Below, piece after piece: positions 25,901 through 38,640 of a stretch of DNA of 64,000 nucleotides; the first letter of the stretch is position 1, and the number at the start of each line of letters is the position of its first letter. The notes below the pieces were generated by a model. The model saw only the letters and a list, made by a program, of their open reading frames with translations. It did no database searches and was not told the origin of the DNA. Made by a program: the position numbers and the translations under genes. Origin of the DNA: Chiloscyllium plagiosum. Taxonomy: Eukaryota. Location: NCBI RefSeq assembly GCF_004010195.1, contig NC_057718.1, positions 77,016,079-77,080,078 of the forward strand, written 5' to 3'.

Positions 25901-26154
25901 CTCATTTGACTCAATTGACACTAAACAATCATTTCTGTTGCTGACGTGATGTTCTTAAGGTGGGACAGGGTGAAGTTGTGACACAAATAAATAGTAAAGA
26001 CCAATCTGAACATGCACATACAGGAAGCTAATAATGACTATATGGAAATGCCAAAAAAAGCAGAGATGAGAAAACCAATTTAATTTATCTGGAGGTTGTG
26101 TTTCTTAATTATTTAGTTTATAAAACATTTCCATCAGAATATAAATGTATTGAT

Positions 26155-26379
26155 TGTAACTAAACCAGCCAGGTGGACCTCATGAATATGAATTCCCTGA
26201 TTGGGGCTATTAACCTGGTGTATTCAGGGATCCCTGGCTGACAGATATAAACAGGAGTGTCTGAGGTTCTGTTGACTCTGATGTCTGGCTTTAAGGAAGC
26301 TGGGCCAATGACAAATACTATGCACGTTAAATAAAGGATGGCTTGGTGATGGGATACCGGCTTCTGTGGAGTTATTTCA
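26155..26379 (+). mobile_element. Possible solo LTR
   Basis: TGTAAC...TTCA termini, GATATAAA and AATAAA in the expected order, GC-richer than flanks; no clear TSD. Confidence 0.4.
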
Positions 26380-27399
26380 ACAGATAATTGAATGTTACTA
26401 CTACATGAGGCAACATATAAGTTTTCCTTTCTCCCCTCACAATTTCCAAGCTAAAAGTTGTTTGAGAGATAGCAAAACAGAATTATGGTTTCAAATGTGC
26501 ACGATAAAGGTATATTGGGAATGGTGATGGATGAGGGAGTGCATTGAACTGAGGGGAAGGTGAATGTTATTGATTAGTGATATGCTCACTAGTTAAATAA
26601 TATACTGGTGACAATGGGCATATAGCACATTTTTTGTACAAACTATAGTGTTTTAAACTAATTATTTAAATCCAAATAAATGAAGTTGGCAAAAGGTTTC
26701 CAATATTCAAGAAACAACTGCCTAAAACAAATATTTCACCCCTTATATTTGTAAATGTAAGACCTAATCACCTGTTTTAGGTGTCATCATAGCAACTGGG
26801 CAATGATACATTATTCAGACATTGGGTCTTGCTGAGGAGTCATCAATGACTGAAAATTCAAGAGTTTATTTCTTTTAATTATTGAAAAAGAAACACCCTG
26901 TGAAGTCAGAGAACTTGCTGCCCCATTTGCTCCCCACCACCCCCATCCTTAGATTGTAGAGCTTAGATTCCAGGGACTCATTTCATGCTCAGTGCTACAG
27001 AGGCAAGTGGTCAATATTATTTGCATGAGCTTCCTTGTTATTGTTTGTGGAAATTTGCTGCATGCAAATTGACAGCTGCATTTGCTACATTGCATGAGCA
27101 ATTACACTTCGAAAGTACTTAATCGGTGCCTTTATTAAAAGAACCTAATAAGGTGCTTTGCAACTTCCTGAGGTCTTAAAAGATGTCATATAAATATAGG
27201 CACATGGAAGATAGTATAATGAAGGATATTTAGGTTAGGCAGATCTTTAGAGTAGGATAAAAGGCCGGACAACTTTGAGGGCCAAAGGGCCTGGCCTTCC
27301 CCTAAACTATACTATACTGTTCCATGTTCAAAGTCAATCTTCCTAGCAAGGGTGAATTCCAACTTGTACATCTATCATTATTCATCCAAGGAACAGGAG

Positions 27400-27435
27400 A
27401 ATCGACGTTTCGGGCATAAGCCCTTCTTCAGGAAT
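27400..27435 (-). ncRNA. Minimal hammerhead ribozyme motif
   Basis: Revcomp ATTC-CTGAAGA-A-GGGC-TTAT-GCCC-GAAAC-GTC-GATT. Confidence 0.7.
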
Positions 27436-27469
27436 CCTGAAGAAGGGCTGATGCCCGAAACGTCGATTC
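27432..27469 (+). ncRNA. Minimal hammerhead ribozyme motif
   Basis: GAATC-CTGAAGA-A-GGGC-TGAT-GCCC-GAAAC-GTC-GATTC; 5-bp stem I. Confidence 0.75.
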
Positions 27470-28359
27470 TCCTGTTCCTTGGATGCTGCCTGACCTGCTG
27501 CGCTTTTCCAGCAACACATTTTCAGCTCTGATCTCCAGCATCTGCAGCTCTCACTTTCTCCTATCATTATTCATCACTAATTTAAGATGGTGAAATTTTA
27601 TCAAGAAGGTTTGCTGTTATAATGACTCTGTTAGGGACTATTTATCAGATTCTTTTTGGTCTTAACTTACAATTTAAATAATTGTTTGTTAGGGTCATTT
27701 ATTCTGACTATGTCCAATTAAGCTCAATACAAGCCTGAGAAATTACAATGTATTATCTTCTATTGAACACTTTAGAGTGCACTGGTCATAATATTAACTT
27801 CAATCATTTCAGGACTTTGATGTGGTTTCCACAATATCTTCAGAAGGAAAAATTTAAATGGCCAGTCAGCTTTAAGTGATGTTGAGGTATAGTCCAGGAC
27901 ATCAGGAGAAATATCTTTGTGTCAAATAATGACATAGGATGTTTTTGTCTACCTGAGAGGGAGTCTGTAGCCTCAGTTCAGTGTTTCATTTAAAGGTGGT
28001 GTAAGATAGAATGTTTCAGGAAGGATGGAGAAGAGATTAATGCTTATGGTGGGATTGAATTTGAAGGAACATTTTGTTGCCCAGTTTAGTCAGCAACCTA
28101 AGTACTGAACTACTTTTTACTTTCCTGAAACTCTTAGGCTCTCAGTTTTGTTTTTGCCATTTTTCATGCTTCCATTTCTGTAAAAGATTTCCCCACCCCA
28201 TTGCTACCATTGCACCATCGTTCCTTCAGTTATTAATTATTCTCTGTAAATGTATATAATTTTTCACATTATAGCACCTAGAGTTCCACATTAATATTTC
28301 ACAAGCCATTTAACTGTCATGGATGAACATCCACTTTTACTTAAGCAAGATATGGGATT

Positions 28360-28600
28360 GGTGTGTGAAGGTGACAGATGAATGGCTATCTTCTTGCAAT
28401 GAGTCAGGAGCATATGAATTCAAATCTCACTCCAGAAATGTGAACTATTCCAGACTGCATTCCAGTATAGTATTAAGCGAGAGCTACAGGGCAGTGCTGT
28501 CATTCACATAAGGCATTAAACTTAGCCTGCCTGCCCTCTCAGGTGGATGTATAATGTTATTCACGAAGAGCAAGGGATATTGCCTTGGTGATCTGACAGA
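28360..28600 (+). mobile_element. Deu-domain SINE (SacSINE/AmnSINE-like) relic; other relics at ~27875-28000(-), ~22490-22600(-), ~46235-46540(-), ~27040-27200(+)
   Basis: CTGCCCTCTCAGGTGGATGTA..GAAGGAGCAAGGGA..GGTG-like Deu core. Confidence 0.55.
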
Positions 28601-28639
28601 GATACTTAAATGGATATGAGCTAGACTTTAGAGATGATG

Positions 28640-28920
28640 ATGTCCCAGTAATGTTACTAAACTAGTAATCCATGGGCTGCAGGCTAATACTCTGGGCACA
28701 TGTGTTCAAATCCCATCATTACAGATAGTGAAATTGAACTCCATTCATAAAGCTGTAATTGGAAGTAAATTTCAATAATGGGGAGACTATGGAAGCTATT
28801 GTCATTCTAAAAACCCATAAGGTTTAATAAAGTTCTTCAGTACAGGAGACCTGTTGTCTTTATTAGGTCTGGCCAAACTCACAGCCACGCGATTGATTCT
28901 TAACTGTTCCCTGACCTGAT
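28640..28920 (+). mobile_element. tRNA-derived SINE relic
   Basis: GTAATGTTACTAAACTAGTAATCC..GTTCAAATCCC B box. Confidence 0.45.
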
Positions 28921-29289
28921 GGAGCCGAGAATTAGGGATAAGCGGTAAATCTCATTACTTTTTCTTATTGTCCTGAAATTGTTTCTTTCCTATTTTCCAC
29001 ATAGGCAGCGTTAAGGTATCTACATTAACATAAGCGTGCATTTCCACATCTTCCCTTTTTTTAATGGATGGAGTTAATTTCTCTTTAATATTTTGCTGTT
29101 CTGCTTCAGGTTCCGCACATAAACGGTCAGTTGTAGAGTTGTCAAATCCAGGACAGGTGTAGATTTTGGCGCAACCATCTTTTCTTCTTCAATTAAGAAT
29201 CAAAATTTAGGAAGAAATCAAAATCCATTTTGTAACACCCCGAGGATGCCACCTGGCTATTACCTGTACAATGTCTAAAAGAGCTGAAG

Positions 29290-29650
29290 ACTCGAGATAG
29301 CTTTGGGGAGTTGGTGCCACTTGCTTGTTTTGCCCGAAGGTGCAGACTGGTCTGTTGAATTGTATTTAGCACGTGATGTGGGTGATCACATACATCACTG
29401 AAACTCCGACCTGCAATGTTTCCTGTTGCTGCATCTGGAGTTTCGACGTTGCGCAACCTGCCTGGTTTTCAGCGGGTTCAGATCGAAGATCGTCGAGGGG
29501 AGAAAGAAATCTTTTCGGTTGCCCGCTATTTAACTGTTTTTATCTCTACTCTCACTCCACAAACTTCAAAAGGGATCGCTTTGTCGTCGCTCGCAGGTGA
29601 GATGGAATAATTGGGGGGGTTATTGGGAAATTGGGAATGCGATTGAGTTA
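29290..29650. promoter_or_regulatory. CpG-rich non-repetitive patch, candidate promoter / first exon
   Basis: 18 CpG in ~350 bp against a CpG-depleted background; CACGTG at 29370-29375; GTTGCGCAAC at 29448-29457; donor CAG|GTGAGA at 29596/29597. Confidence 0.5.
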
Positions 29651-29907
29651 ATATTGTGGAAAAATGGCTCAAAATTCTTTTAAAATGTGTAATTAAGATT
29701 TAGATTTCCTTGATTGAAAACAAAAAAAACCGCTGTATTAATAACTACAACAAAGTTTCGTTTTAAAAATTAATTTAAATGGTTATTGTTATGCACCTGG
29801 ATCTTGGACTCGTATTTATATATCGATATTTTCTGATATATCAGAACTATAGTAAGCAAACAGGACGGCTAATTGAGACGCAGGACTTGCAACATTTAGA
29901 ACTATTA

Positions 29908-30261
29908 TAGAGTCACAGCGTGGAAACAGACCCTTCGGTCGGTCCATGACGACCAGATATCTCAACCCAATCTAGTCCCACCTGCCAGCACCCGGCCCAT
30001 ATCCCTCCAAACCCTTCCTATTCATATACCCATCCAAATGCCTCTTAAATGTTGCAATTGTACTAGCCTCCACCACATCCTCTGGCAGCTCATTCTATAC
30101 ACGTATCACCCTCCATATGAATAAGTTGCCCCGTAGGTCTCTTTTATATCTTTCCCCTCTCACCCTAAACCTAGGCCCTCTAGTTCTGGACTCCCTGACC
30201 CCAGGGAAAAGACTTTGCCTATTTACCCTATCCATGCCCCTCATAATTTTGTAAACCTCTA
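29908..30261 (-). mobile_element. CR1 LINE 3' fragment
   Basis: Reverse complement of the CR1 3' end seen at 2605-3138. Confidence 0.9.
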
Positions 30262-30781
30262 TTCTGATCAGATTCAGTAATAATTCTGAGAATTGCCAGG
30301 AGTCTGTGTGTCTGTGCCTGTGTTTTAATATCTTATCAAGTTGCTCAAAATATTGTTAATGAGGGAAATCCTACTGAGGGGAGGGAAAAACAAGTTGAAA
30401 TTTCCGTCCCAAATATATAATTTTTGTTTGAAAAATTCTGCTTTTTTTTGGGGTGGGGGGTGGTCTCGAAAGCAGATGAAAGCATTTTGTGACCGCTGTA
30501 AAGCTTAGAAGACAAAACCAAGGTGTCAACTTCATGGTTAGAATGAGGTTGGAAGCTCTGCCCGCTTTCAGATCAAGCAACAGTACTCACTGTTCCAGGA
30601 TCTACAAATGGAAACTGGTTCCATATCCAGGTGTCATGAGAATAATTTCACATTTTAAACCTTGCTTCTGCTCGTAGTTGGCACATTCTAGCTCTCAATT
30701 TATACAATGTTGTCAATTTCAATTGAAGGAAGCCCTTTTATACTATTGACTTAGAATTTGGTTATGTGATTACCTCTAATA

Positions 30782-32036
30782 TAGAGTCATAGAGTCATAG
30801 AGATGTACAGCACGGAAACAGTCCATTCAGTCCAACTCGTCCATGCTGACCAGATATCCTAACCTAATCTCATCCCATTTGCCAGCACTTGGCCCATATC
30901 CCTTTAAACCCTTCCTGTTCATATATCCATCCAGATGCCTTTTAAATGTTGTAATTGTACCAACCTCCATCACTTCCTCTGGCAGCTCATTACATGCACC
31001 ACCCTCTGTATGTAAAAGCTGCCCCTTAGGTCCCTTTTACATCGTTCCCCTCTCACCCCGAACCTATGCCCTCTAGTTCTAGACTCCCCCACCTCATGGA
31101 AAATACCTTGGCTGTTTATCCTAAACATGCCCCTCATGATTTTATAAACCTCTATAAGGTCACCCCTCAGCTTCTGACGCTCCAGGGAAAAAAGCCCCAG
31201 CCTATTCAACCTCTCCCTATAGCTCAAATCCTCCAACCCTGGCAACATTCTTGTAAATCTTTTCTGAACTCTTTCAGATTTTATAACACCCTTCCAATAG
31301 GAAAGAGACCAGAATTGCACGCAATATTCTAAAAGTGGTCTAACTAATGTCCTGTACAGCTGCAACATCACCTCCTCACCCCTGTACTCAATGCTCTGAC
31401 CAATAAAGGAAAGCACACCAAACGCTTCAATATCCTATCTACCTGCGACTCTACTTTCAGTGGACTATTAACCCACCCTCCAAGGTCTCTTTATTCAGCA
31501 ACACTCCCTAGGACCTTACCATTCAGTGCATGTCCTGCTGATTTGCTTTTCCAAAATGCAGCACCTCGCATTTATCTAAATTAAACCCCATCTGGTCACT
31601 GGCCAATCTGATCTAGATCCCTTTGTCATCTGAAGTAACCTTCTTTGCTGCCCACTACACCTCCAATTATGGTGTTATCTGAAAACGTACTAACTATACG
31701 TCCTATGTTCACATCCAGATCATTTATATAAATGATGAAACATAGTAGACCCAGCACCGATCCTTGTGGTACACCACAGGTCACAGCCTCCAGCCTGAAA
31801 AGCAACCCTCCACCACCACCTCCTGTCTTCTATCTTTGAGCCAGCTCTGTATCCATATGGCTAGTTCTCCCTGTATTCCATGAGATCTAACCTTGCTAAC
31901 CAGTCTCCCACGAGGAACTTTGTCAAACGCCTCACTGAAGTCCATATAGATCACGTCCACCACTCTGCCCTCATCAATCCTCTTTGCGACTTCTTCAAAA
32001 AACTCAAATCAAATTTGTGAGACATAATTTCCCACA
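30782..32036 (-). mobile_element. CR1 LINE (RT to 3' end)
   Basis: YMDFSEAFDKVPRGRL; LYRTLVRPLLEYCVQFWS; (ATGACTCT)n tail. Confidence 0.9.
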
Positions 32037-32075
32037 ATGTTGCAATTTGTAACTGTGAAAGCTGAGTTACTCCCA

Positions 32076-32265
32076 GACCATATCAACACGACGGTTGGAG
32101 GAAGAGTGCCTCATCTTCCGCCTAGTAACCCTCCAACCACAAGGGATGAACTCATATTTCTCCAGTTTCCTCATTTCCCCTCCCCCCACCTTGTCTCAGT
32201 CATGTCGATTCTCCTGTTCCTTGGATGCTGCCTGACCTGCGCTTTTCTAGCAACACATTTTCAGC
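32076..32265 (+). mobile_element. PLE 3' fragment with internal deletion
   Basis: TRRLEEECLIFRLVTLQPQGMN then terminal repeat; TSD TTACTCCCA at 32067-32075 and 32266-32274. Confidence 0.75.
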
Positions 32266-32609
32266 TTACTCCCATTTTAACCCTACCGCCTATTACTGCT
32301 TACTTTGAGATTAACATAAGCTTTAAACCAAGTTAATTCTATTCTCTAGATTCCATCTACGTTTGGATCACTGTAGCTGCTTTCCCTTTTTGCCTAATGC
32401 ATCTGTAGCAATTCTTGTTTACACAGCCTGCTTTTTAAAAATCACTGTGTCTTAAAATTTATGGCGTGCCAATCTGTATTGACAATAAATATACCTCAAC
32501 ATATATTGTATTTGTAAGATCACTGGGTATTCTTATTTCATTGTTTGATCATTTACTGTTTCTGCTTCAAGTAAAACTAATTTTAGGGCATACGGCCTTT
32601 TAGGTCAAC

Positions 32610-33320
32610 AGAACGTGTACTGGCATAGTGCCTTTGACATAGTGAAATATTCTAAGATGTCCCACAGGAGCAGTTATCATGAAGAATTTGAGACAGATTC
32701 ACATGAAGAAATATTAGCTAACCAAAGCATGGTCAGTGAAGTAGGTTGTAAGGAGTATCTTAAATGTAGAGAGAGAGAGAAGGGGAAGCACACAGGTTTG
32801 GAGAGGAGACACCAGAGCTTAGGGTACTGGAAAATGAAGTCACAGCTGTCAATTGCAGAGGAAGAATACAGGGGGGTGGAAAAGAGGCTAGAATTGGCAG
32901 AGCACAGTGAATTTTGCAGTTTAGAAGGCTGGAGAAGGTTTCAGAGATCGGGGCAGTTGTTTTAACATGGCTAAGAATTGTTACGTTGAAGTTGACTGTG
33001 CCAAGAGCCAGTGTGAATCAAATAGCACAGGAGTCATGAGTGAACAGAACTTGGTCTACGTGTAAAAGCAATAGCAAATCTTTAAAAAGCAGCAAGTTAT
33101 AATGAATGAGATTAGCAAGGAAAAAAAGTTGAATAGTTGAGTTTAGAAGTAACACTGGCATTGATGAGAGTTTCAGGAGGTGGTGCATGAGCTGAGGCAG
33201 AAGAGAGTTTAGGTGGTGTTACAGAGATGCAAGTGGCTGTCTTGATGAAGCAGAGGATATGAATTTAGCATATCAGTTCAGAGTCAAAAAGGACTCCAAG
33301 ATTGCAGACAGTCCAGTTCA
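32610..33320 (-). mobile_element. Old L2-like LINE 3' relic
   Basis: Purine-rich GAAGTAGGTTGTAAGGAGTATCTTAAA..GAGAGAGAG pattern typical of antisense L2 3' ends. Confidence 0.45.
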
Positions 33321-33849
33321 ATGGGAATCTTGTGCCGCTTCATTAGAGAAAGATTCGAGCAGCTAGGATCTTATTCAAAATATCCACGGGACATGTTCAG
33401 AGAGTAAAGAGCAGAACTGAGATCTCAAGTGGGGTCACAAACTAAAATTCTGTGGGGTTACAAGTTCTGAGGCAGCAATGGTGACCATGGAACTCTACAC
33501 CAACTGCAACCCCTGCGCCCCCACCCCTCCACTCCCTCCCCCCCCCGCCATCCCTGGCTTTCTGTCTTTTCTTCCTAACCTCTGCACTCATTCGTCTTCA
33601 TCCAGCTGCCTCTGCTTTTTTAGCTCTCACCAAGGGGTCGCAAATTGGGTCATAGTGGGAAAAAGTTTGGGAAGGGTTGCATAATAGTGAAGAAAGGATA
33701 TATTCATCAGGATCTGGTTGGGGGGTGAGTTTAGATGGGCAGGCTATGGGGAATGTGGGTGGGACTAGAATTTTGGGTGGGGAAGGATGGAAATGATGAT
33801 GGGACAGGATGGGTGGTGGGAATCTGATCCAGAAAAGTAAAAGACATCA

Positions 33850-34040
33850 TCGACTCCTCTCTCATTTAGAGAGAGATGACTGGTAGCAAGTTATATCAGG
33901 GTCACCATACCTCAACCAAATGGTGGGTCTTAGAAGTCAGAGCCTTCACAGTGAGATCAGCTGATACTAGAATTGACCTATGCACCATTGGCCTTAATCA
34001 ACATCATAAACAACCATCCAGCCAACAAAGCTGACCCCCC
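33850..34040 (-). mobile_element. tRNA-derived SINE relic
   Basis: Revcomp begins GGTCAGCTTTGTTGGCTGGATGG..GGTCAATTC. Confidence 0.45.
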
Positions 34041-35055
34041 CCTAATGCCATCATTTCAACAAGAAGCTGACTGAAATCACCAAAACTGTCAAGGTCACTG
34101 AAGGCATCTTCAAAGAACATCTCCAATCACTGCACCACCCATGTTACACACTGCACAGTGCCCTCATTAGCAGTATTTAGCACTCAGGACTCAGGCCAAA
34201 CATCCAGAGATTCCATTTGAGTCTCACACACCTTCCATTTGCATTTATACCCAGTTCCAACTTCTAGCTCATTTCAGCTACTCAGCAATGGCACATCATA
34301 CAACAAACTGTGACATAATCACTGAGTTTTCTGCCTCCTCCTTGCAGGTCAAGGTGATTCATAACATGAGCAGAGCAGAACCAGTGAAGGACAAGAATGT
34401 CTACATCTCCTAAGCTCCACAGAGATGTTATCTACATCATGAGGCCAGTTGTGGTAGAGCAGTAGCATCAGACATCACAACATATTCATGATGATGAATG
34501 TTCCTGCTTTATGCTGTTTCTCAGCATTTCACTGTGCTACCATAGATCATGCAACAGCAGAAGTTGGTCTAAATCACAGTGCAATGTTGCTTAAGGTGCT
34601 GTAGTGAGCTGCTGGATCTGATAGAAAGGAGTGTTGTTGCATCTTCACAGAGTGGTAGAGGTTTTGATGATCCATAGAAAGGGTTGTAGTTGTAATGCCT
34701 ATGAGTCAGCAAAACAACTGGAAGATGGAGTGAGGCTGTTGAGATGGAAAATTCCATGTAATAGCTTCTGCCATGTCAGAGCCAAACATTTCCATGTTCT
34801 TTGACAGCGAATGAGCAGTCTTGCAGCCGAACCAAGGCACCCGCATCCTAATTAGTGTTCTCCTGTATGCGACCAAAGACCTCTTCTGGATTTTCATTAG
34901 TAGGACTCATCTGTAAAATCTCCACATAAGCCACTTTACCTGCAATTTCACTGTATGACCTTTAAATAACACTTACCGTGATTCCCTTCTATAGTAGTGG
35001 ACGTGCACAATCTAAGATTCTGGTATGTGTTCAGATTTTGCGTGGTTGTTTCCTT

Positions 35056-36370
35056 TAAGACCATATGATGTAGGAGCAGAAATAGGTCATTTTACACATC
35101 AAGTGTGTTCTGTTATTCAATGAGATTGTGGTTGACCTAATAGTACTCAACTACACTTTCCTACCTTTGCCTCATAATCGCTGAATCCCTTACTGATCAC
35201 AAGTCTATCTACCTCAACTTTGACTATGCACAAAATATGCACAAGACATTTCTCATCATCTCTGTCTTAAATATGAGGTGCCTTACACTTTGATTGTGCT
35301 GTTTGCCCTTGATTCTCTCACAAGGGGTACCAACCTCTCTGCATCTACCCTGTTAAGTCCCCTAAGATATTTACACGTTTCAATAAGGTCTCTTCTCATT
35401 CTTCTAAACTCCCCTGAGTACAGGCCCAACCCACTAACCTCTTCATAAGAAATCCCTCATATTTGGAGTCAACCCGGTGCACCTGCTCTGGACTGCCTCT
35501 AATGCAATTATCCCTTTCCTTGGCTAAGGGAACCAGAACTATTCACAGTATTCCAACTGTGGTCTAATGAGCGCCTTTTATAGTTTTAGCAAGATCTTCC
35601 CATTTTTATACTCCATTCCCTTTGAAGTAAAGGCCAACATTCAATTGCTTTCACTATTACCCACTGCACTTGGATGCTACCATTTTGTGATTCATCCTGA
35701 GGAGCCTATATTCAATGTGGCCTGTCTTTTCCTTTTTATATATTAGAAGAAGCTCTTACTGTCCATTTTTATATTACTTGCTGGTTTAGCCTAGTTTTTA
35801 TTCTCCCTCTCTTTTTGATCATCTTTTTAAAACTTTCTCTTTGGTTTACTACTAATCATTGAAATATTGTAAGTTTATTCTCTGAATTTGATACCACCCT
35901 TAACTACTTTGGTTAGCCATAGCTGATGCATCCACTTCATAGAAACCTTCTTACCGGGCTATATCTTTGCTGTGAGTTATAAACTATTTTCCTAAACAAC
36001 TGACATTGTTTGTTAACCATCTTTTCTGCTGAACTCCTTTCCAAGCCTACTCAACTGTCAGCCATTTTTAATTATCCTTACTTAAATTTATCACAGTTGT
36101 TTCCAACCCAAGTTTCACGCTCACAAACTGAATTCTAAATTCTACTATATTATGATCATTAATCCCAAGGCGACCTTTAACTCTGACGGCATTTATTAAA
36201 TTGCCTCATTACATATCACCTGATCCAAATTAGTTTCATCCCTGATTGATTCTACAACATGTTCTTCCAGGAAACTGTCCTGAATATACTCTGTAAATTC
36301 TTTCTGCTGGCTACTTTCACAAATTTGATTTTCCAAATCTACCTAAAGATTAAAGCCACCCAGTTATTGC
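35056..36370 (-). mobile_element. Old CR1 LINE fragments
   Basis: TAAGACCATATGATGTAGGAGCAGAA antisense 3' end; CCAGAACTATTCACAGTATTCC (antisense of EYCE.FW). Confidence 0.65.
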
Positions 36371-36623
36371 TATGGAGCCTAGGAACTGCTCCCACTAGTG
36401 TTCTGTCACAATCTGTCCAATGAAAGTACTTTTCGTTTGGTTCCTGCAAAGCGAACAGTCTGTTTTCATGGCTTTCAGATAAAATTTCACCTGAAATTTG
36501 TTTTTTGATCATTTGTCCCTGTTTACACAGGGTAATAAAGCATTCAGTTATTGAAGGCACAAACCACAGCTTTCCATTATGTCACCTTTCTGAGCTGCTT
36601 TTACTCAAAAAACATTTTTTATC

Positions 36624-37035
36624 AAAGTTTGTGAGAAGGTTTGTAGCTCGGGTGCTCGTTGTTGTGGTTCTGTTCACCGAGCTGGGAATTTGTGTTGCAG
36701 ACGTTTTGTCATCAGTGCTTGGGATCCTCCTGTGAAGCGCTTCTGTGATGTTTCCTCCGGCATTTATAGTGGTTTGAATCTGCTGCTTCAGGTTGTCAGT
36801 TCCAGCTGTCCGTTGCAGTGGTCGGTATATTGGGTCCAGGTTGATGTGCTTATTGATTGAATCTGTGGATGAGTGCCATGCCTCTAGGAATTCCCTGGCT
36901 GTTCTCTGTTTGGCTTGTCCTATAATAGTAGTGTTGTCCCAGTCCAACTCCTGTTGCTTGTCATCTGCGTGTGTGGCTACTAAGGGTGGCTGGTCGTGTC
37001 GTTTCGTGGCTAGTTGGTGCTCATGGATGCGGATC
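36624..37035 (-). mobile_element. PLE (Poseidon-like) 3' fragment
   Basis: DWDNTTIIGQAKQRTAREFLEAWHSSTDSINKHINLDPIYRPL; hammerhead relic at 36697-36718. Confidence 0.85.
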
Positions 37036-38407
37036 TTTTGTTTTCTTTCTCAATTTACTCCTGACAGTATTAAGAACCTAATATTTATCAAAAATTTCCT
37101 TTCACTGTTCAAACTCAAACTCTAAAGTTTACAGTTCTCACTTTAGGTCCAATCTGCATTCCAAATTAGGCTGAGCATTGTGCTAGTTTTCTGGAATGAA
37201 ATTATGCTGTCAACCATTTGCAAAACTACAAATGTAAGATTCTTTTATGAACCAGTACAATCAGGTCGGATAATACATCATATAAAATTATCTTTATAAA
37301 GGATTTCTCAAACTATTTAAGAGTGGTAAACTGGTTTTATTGATATAGCTAAAAATGGGTATATTAAAGGCAATTATCATTTTCAGTACGAGTATCTCAT
37401 TCATTAGCTGTGGGTAGCCTGATTTAAAATCACTGCAACTAACGTAAAAAATAAACAATTTGGAAGTATTAACTGGTTTTATTAGTGTACACAATTTCTT
37501 TCTTTAATATTTAAAAATGTGCCCACTAGTATCTTTGCACCAAAAAAAGCCTAATTTGAAGAACAGTTTCTTGTCCTATAACTATTTTGAACCTGATTAC
37601 ATTGTGATAACTATCTTTGAAATATTTCTGCACTTGCTCCAGTTCATTCCTCATTGGTTTGGAAAAGTACAGATCGACAGATTTTTCTTGGACACATTTC
37701 AGGAATTCCTTCCTCTTTATTCTAATGCTGTTTGTCTTTCAATGCTCTTTGCAGCTGATGGCGCCTTAAAATGTTTCATCAACCCTTTCTGTGCAGGACC
37801 TAGTTAACTTTCCCTCAAAGACATTGATCCCACTTCTGTTGAACGTAGCCCCTATTTTGCACAGGTTTCTTCTGCTCCAAACTGAATGCATTGTCCAGTA
37901 ATCTGGAGTCTTCCCTCCTGTACCATCTCTCCAACTATGTGTTAACCTGTCTAATTTCACTGTTCCAAAAGTCATTACCAATTTACAGTGTGAGCAATCC
38001 AGAAACTGCCATTTTTTTAGGTCCAGATCTTTAACACTTGAAACCCTTTTACTTCCTAAGTCATTGTTTCACACATGGGACATGACATCTTTTGTTCCCT
38101 TTTCCATATGAAATATTCTGTATCCTTTCAGGGATGTGCTGTACACTTCCACCACGGCAGTAGTTTACTAAGCAGGACTCACGTTGGAAGTTTCAGAAAC
38201 ATTGTCCATCTCTTGAATATCAAATCATCTGTAATCTCTGAATTTCTATACTCTACTGTGTCCCTTGTGCAGTATATAGACCACAGTGTGATCAATATGT
38301 TCTAAACTGTACTGAAAGCTGTTTGAGACTGCTACACTCCCAGAAGATCCTAGTATTGTCAACTACCAGTCCTGTTAAAAACAAGGTATAACTTTAAGTT
38401 TACATGC

Positions 38408-38640
38408 AAATTTTTCATGCAGAGGGTGATACATGTATGGAATGAGTTGCCAGAGGAAGTGGTGTAGCTGGTGCAGTTATAACATTTTAAAAGGCATCTG
38501 GGTGGGCATATGAATAGGAAGTGTTTAGAGGGGTATGGGCCAAATGCTGGAAAATGGGACTAAATTAGGTTAGGATATCTGGTCAGCATGGATGTGTTGG
38601 ACCGAATGGTCTGTTTCCGTGCTGTACATCTCTATGACTG
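38408..38640 (+). mobile_element. CR1 3' fragment
   Basis: CR1 3' tail. Confidence 0.85.

Larger units (their letters stand above)
27387..27560 (+). mobile_element. PLE fold-back mini-element with two intact hammerhead cores
   Basis: 15-bp TSD CTATCATTATTCATC at 27372-27386 and 27561-27575. Confidence 0.9.
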
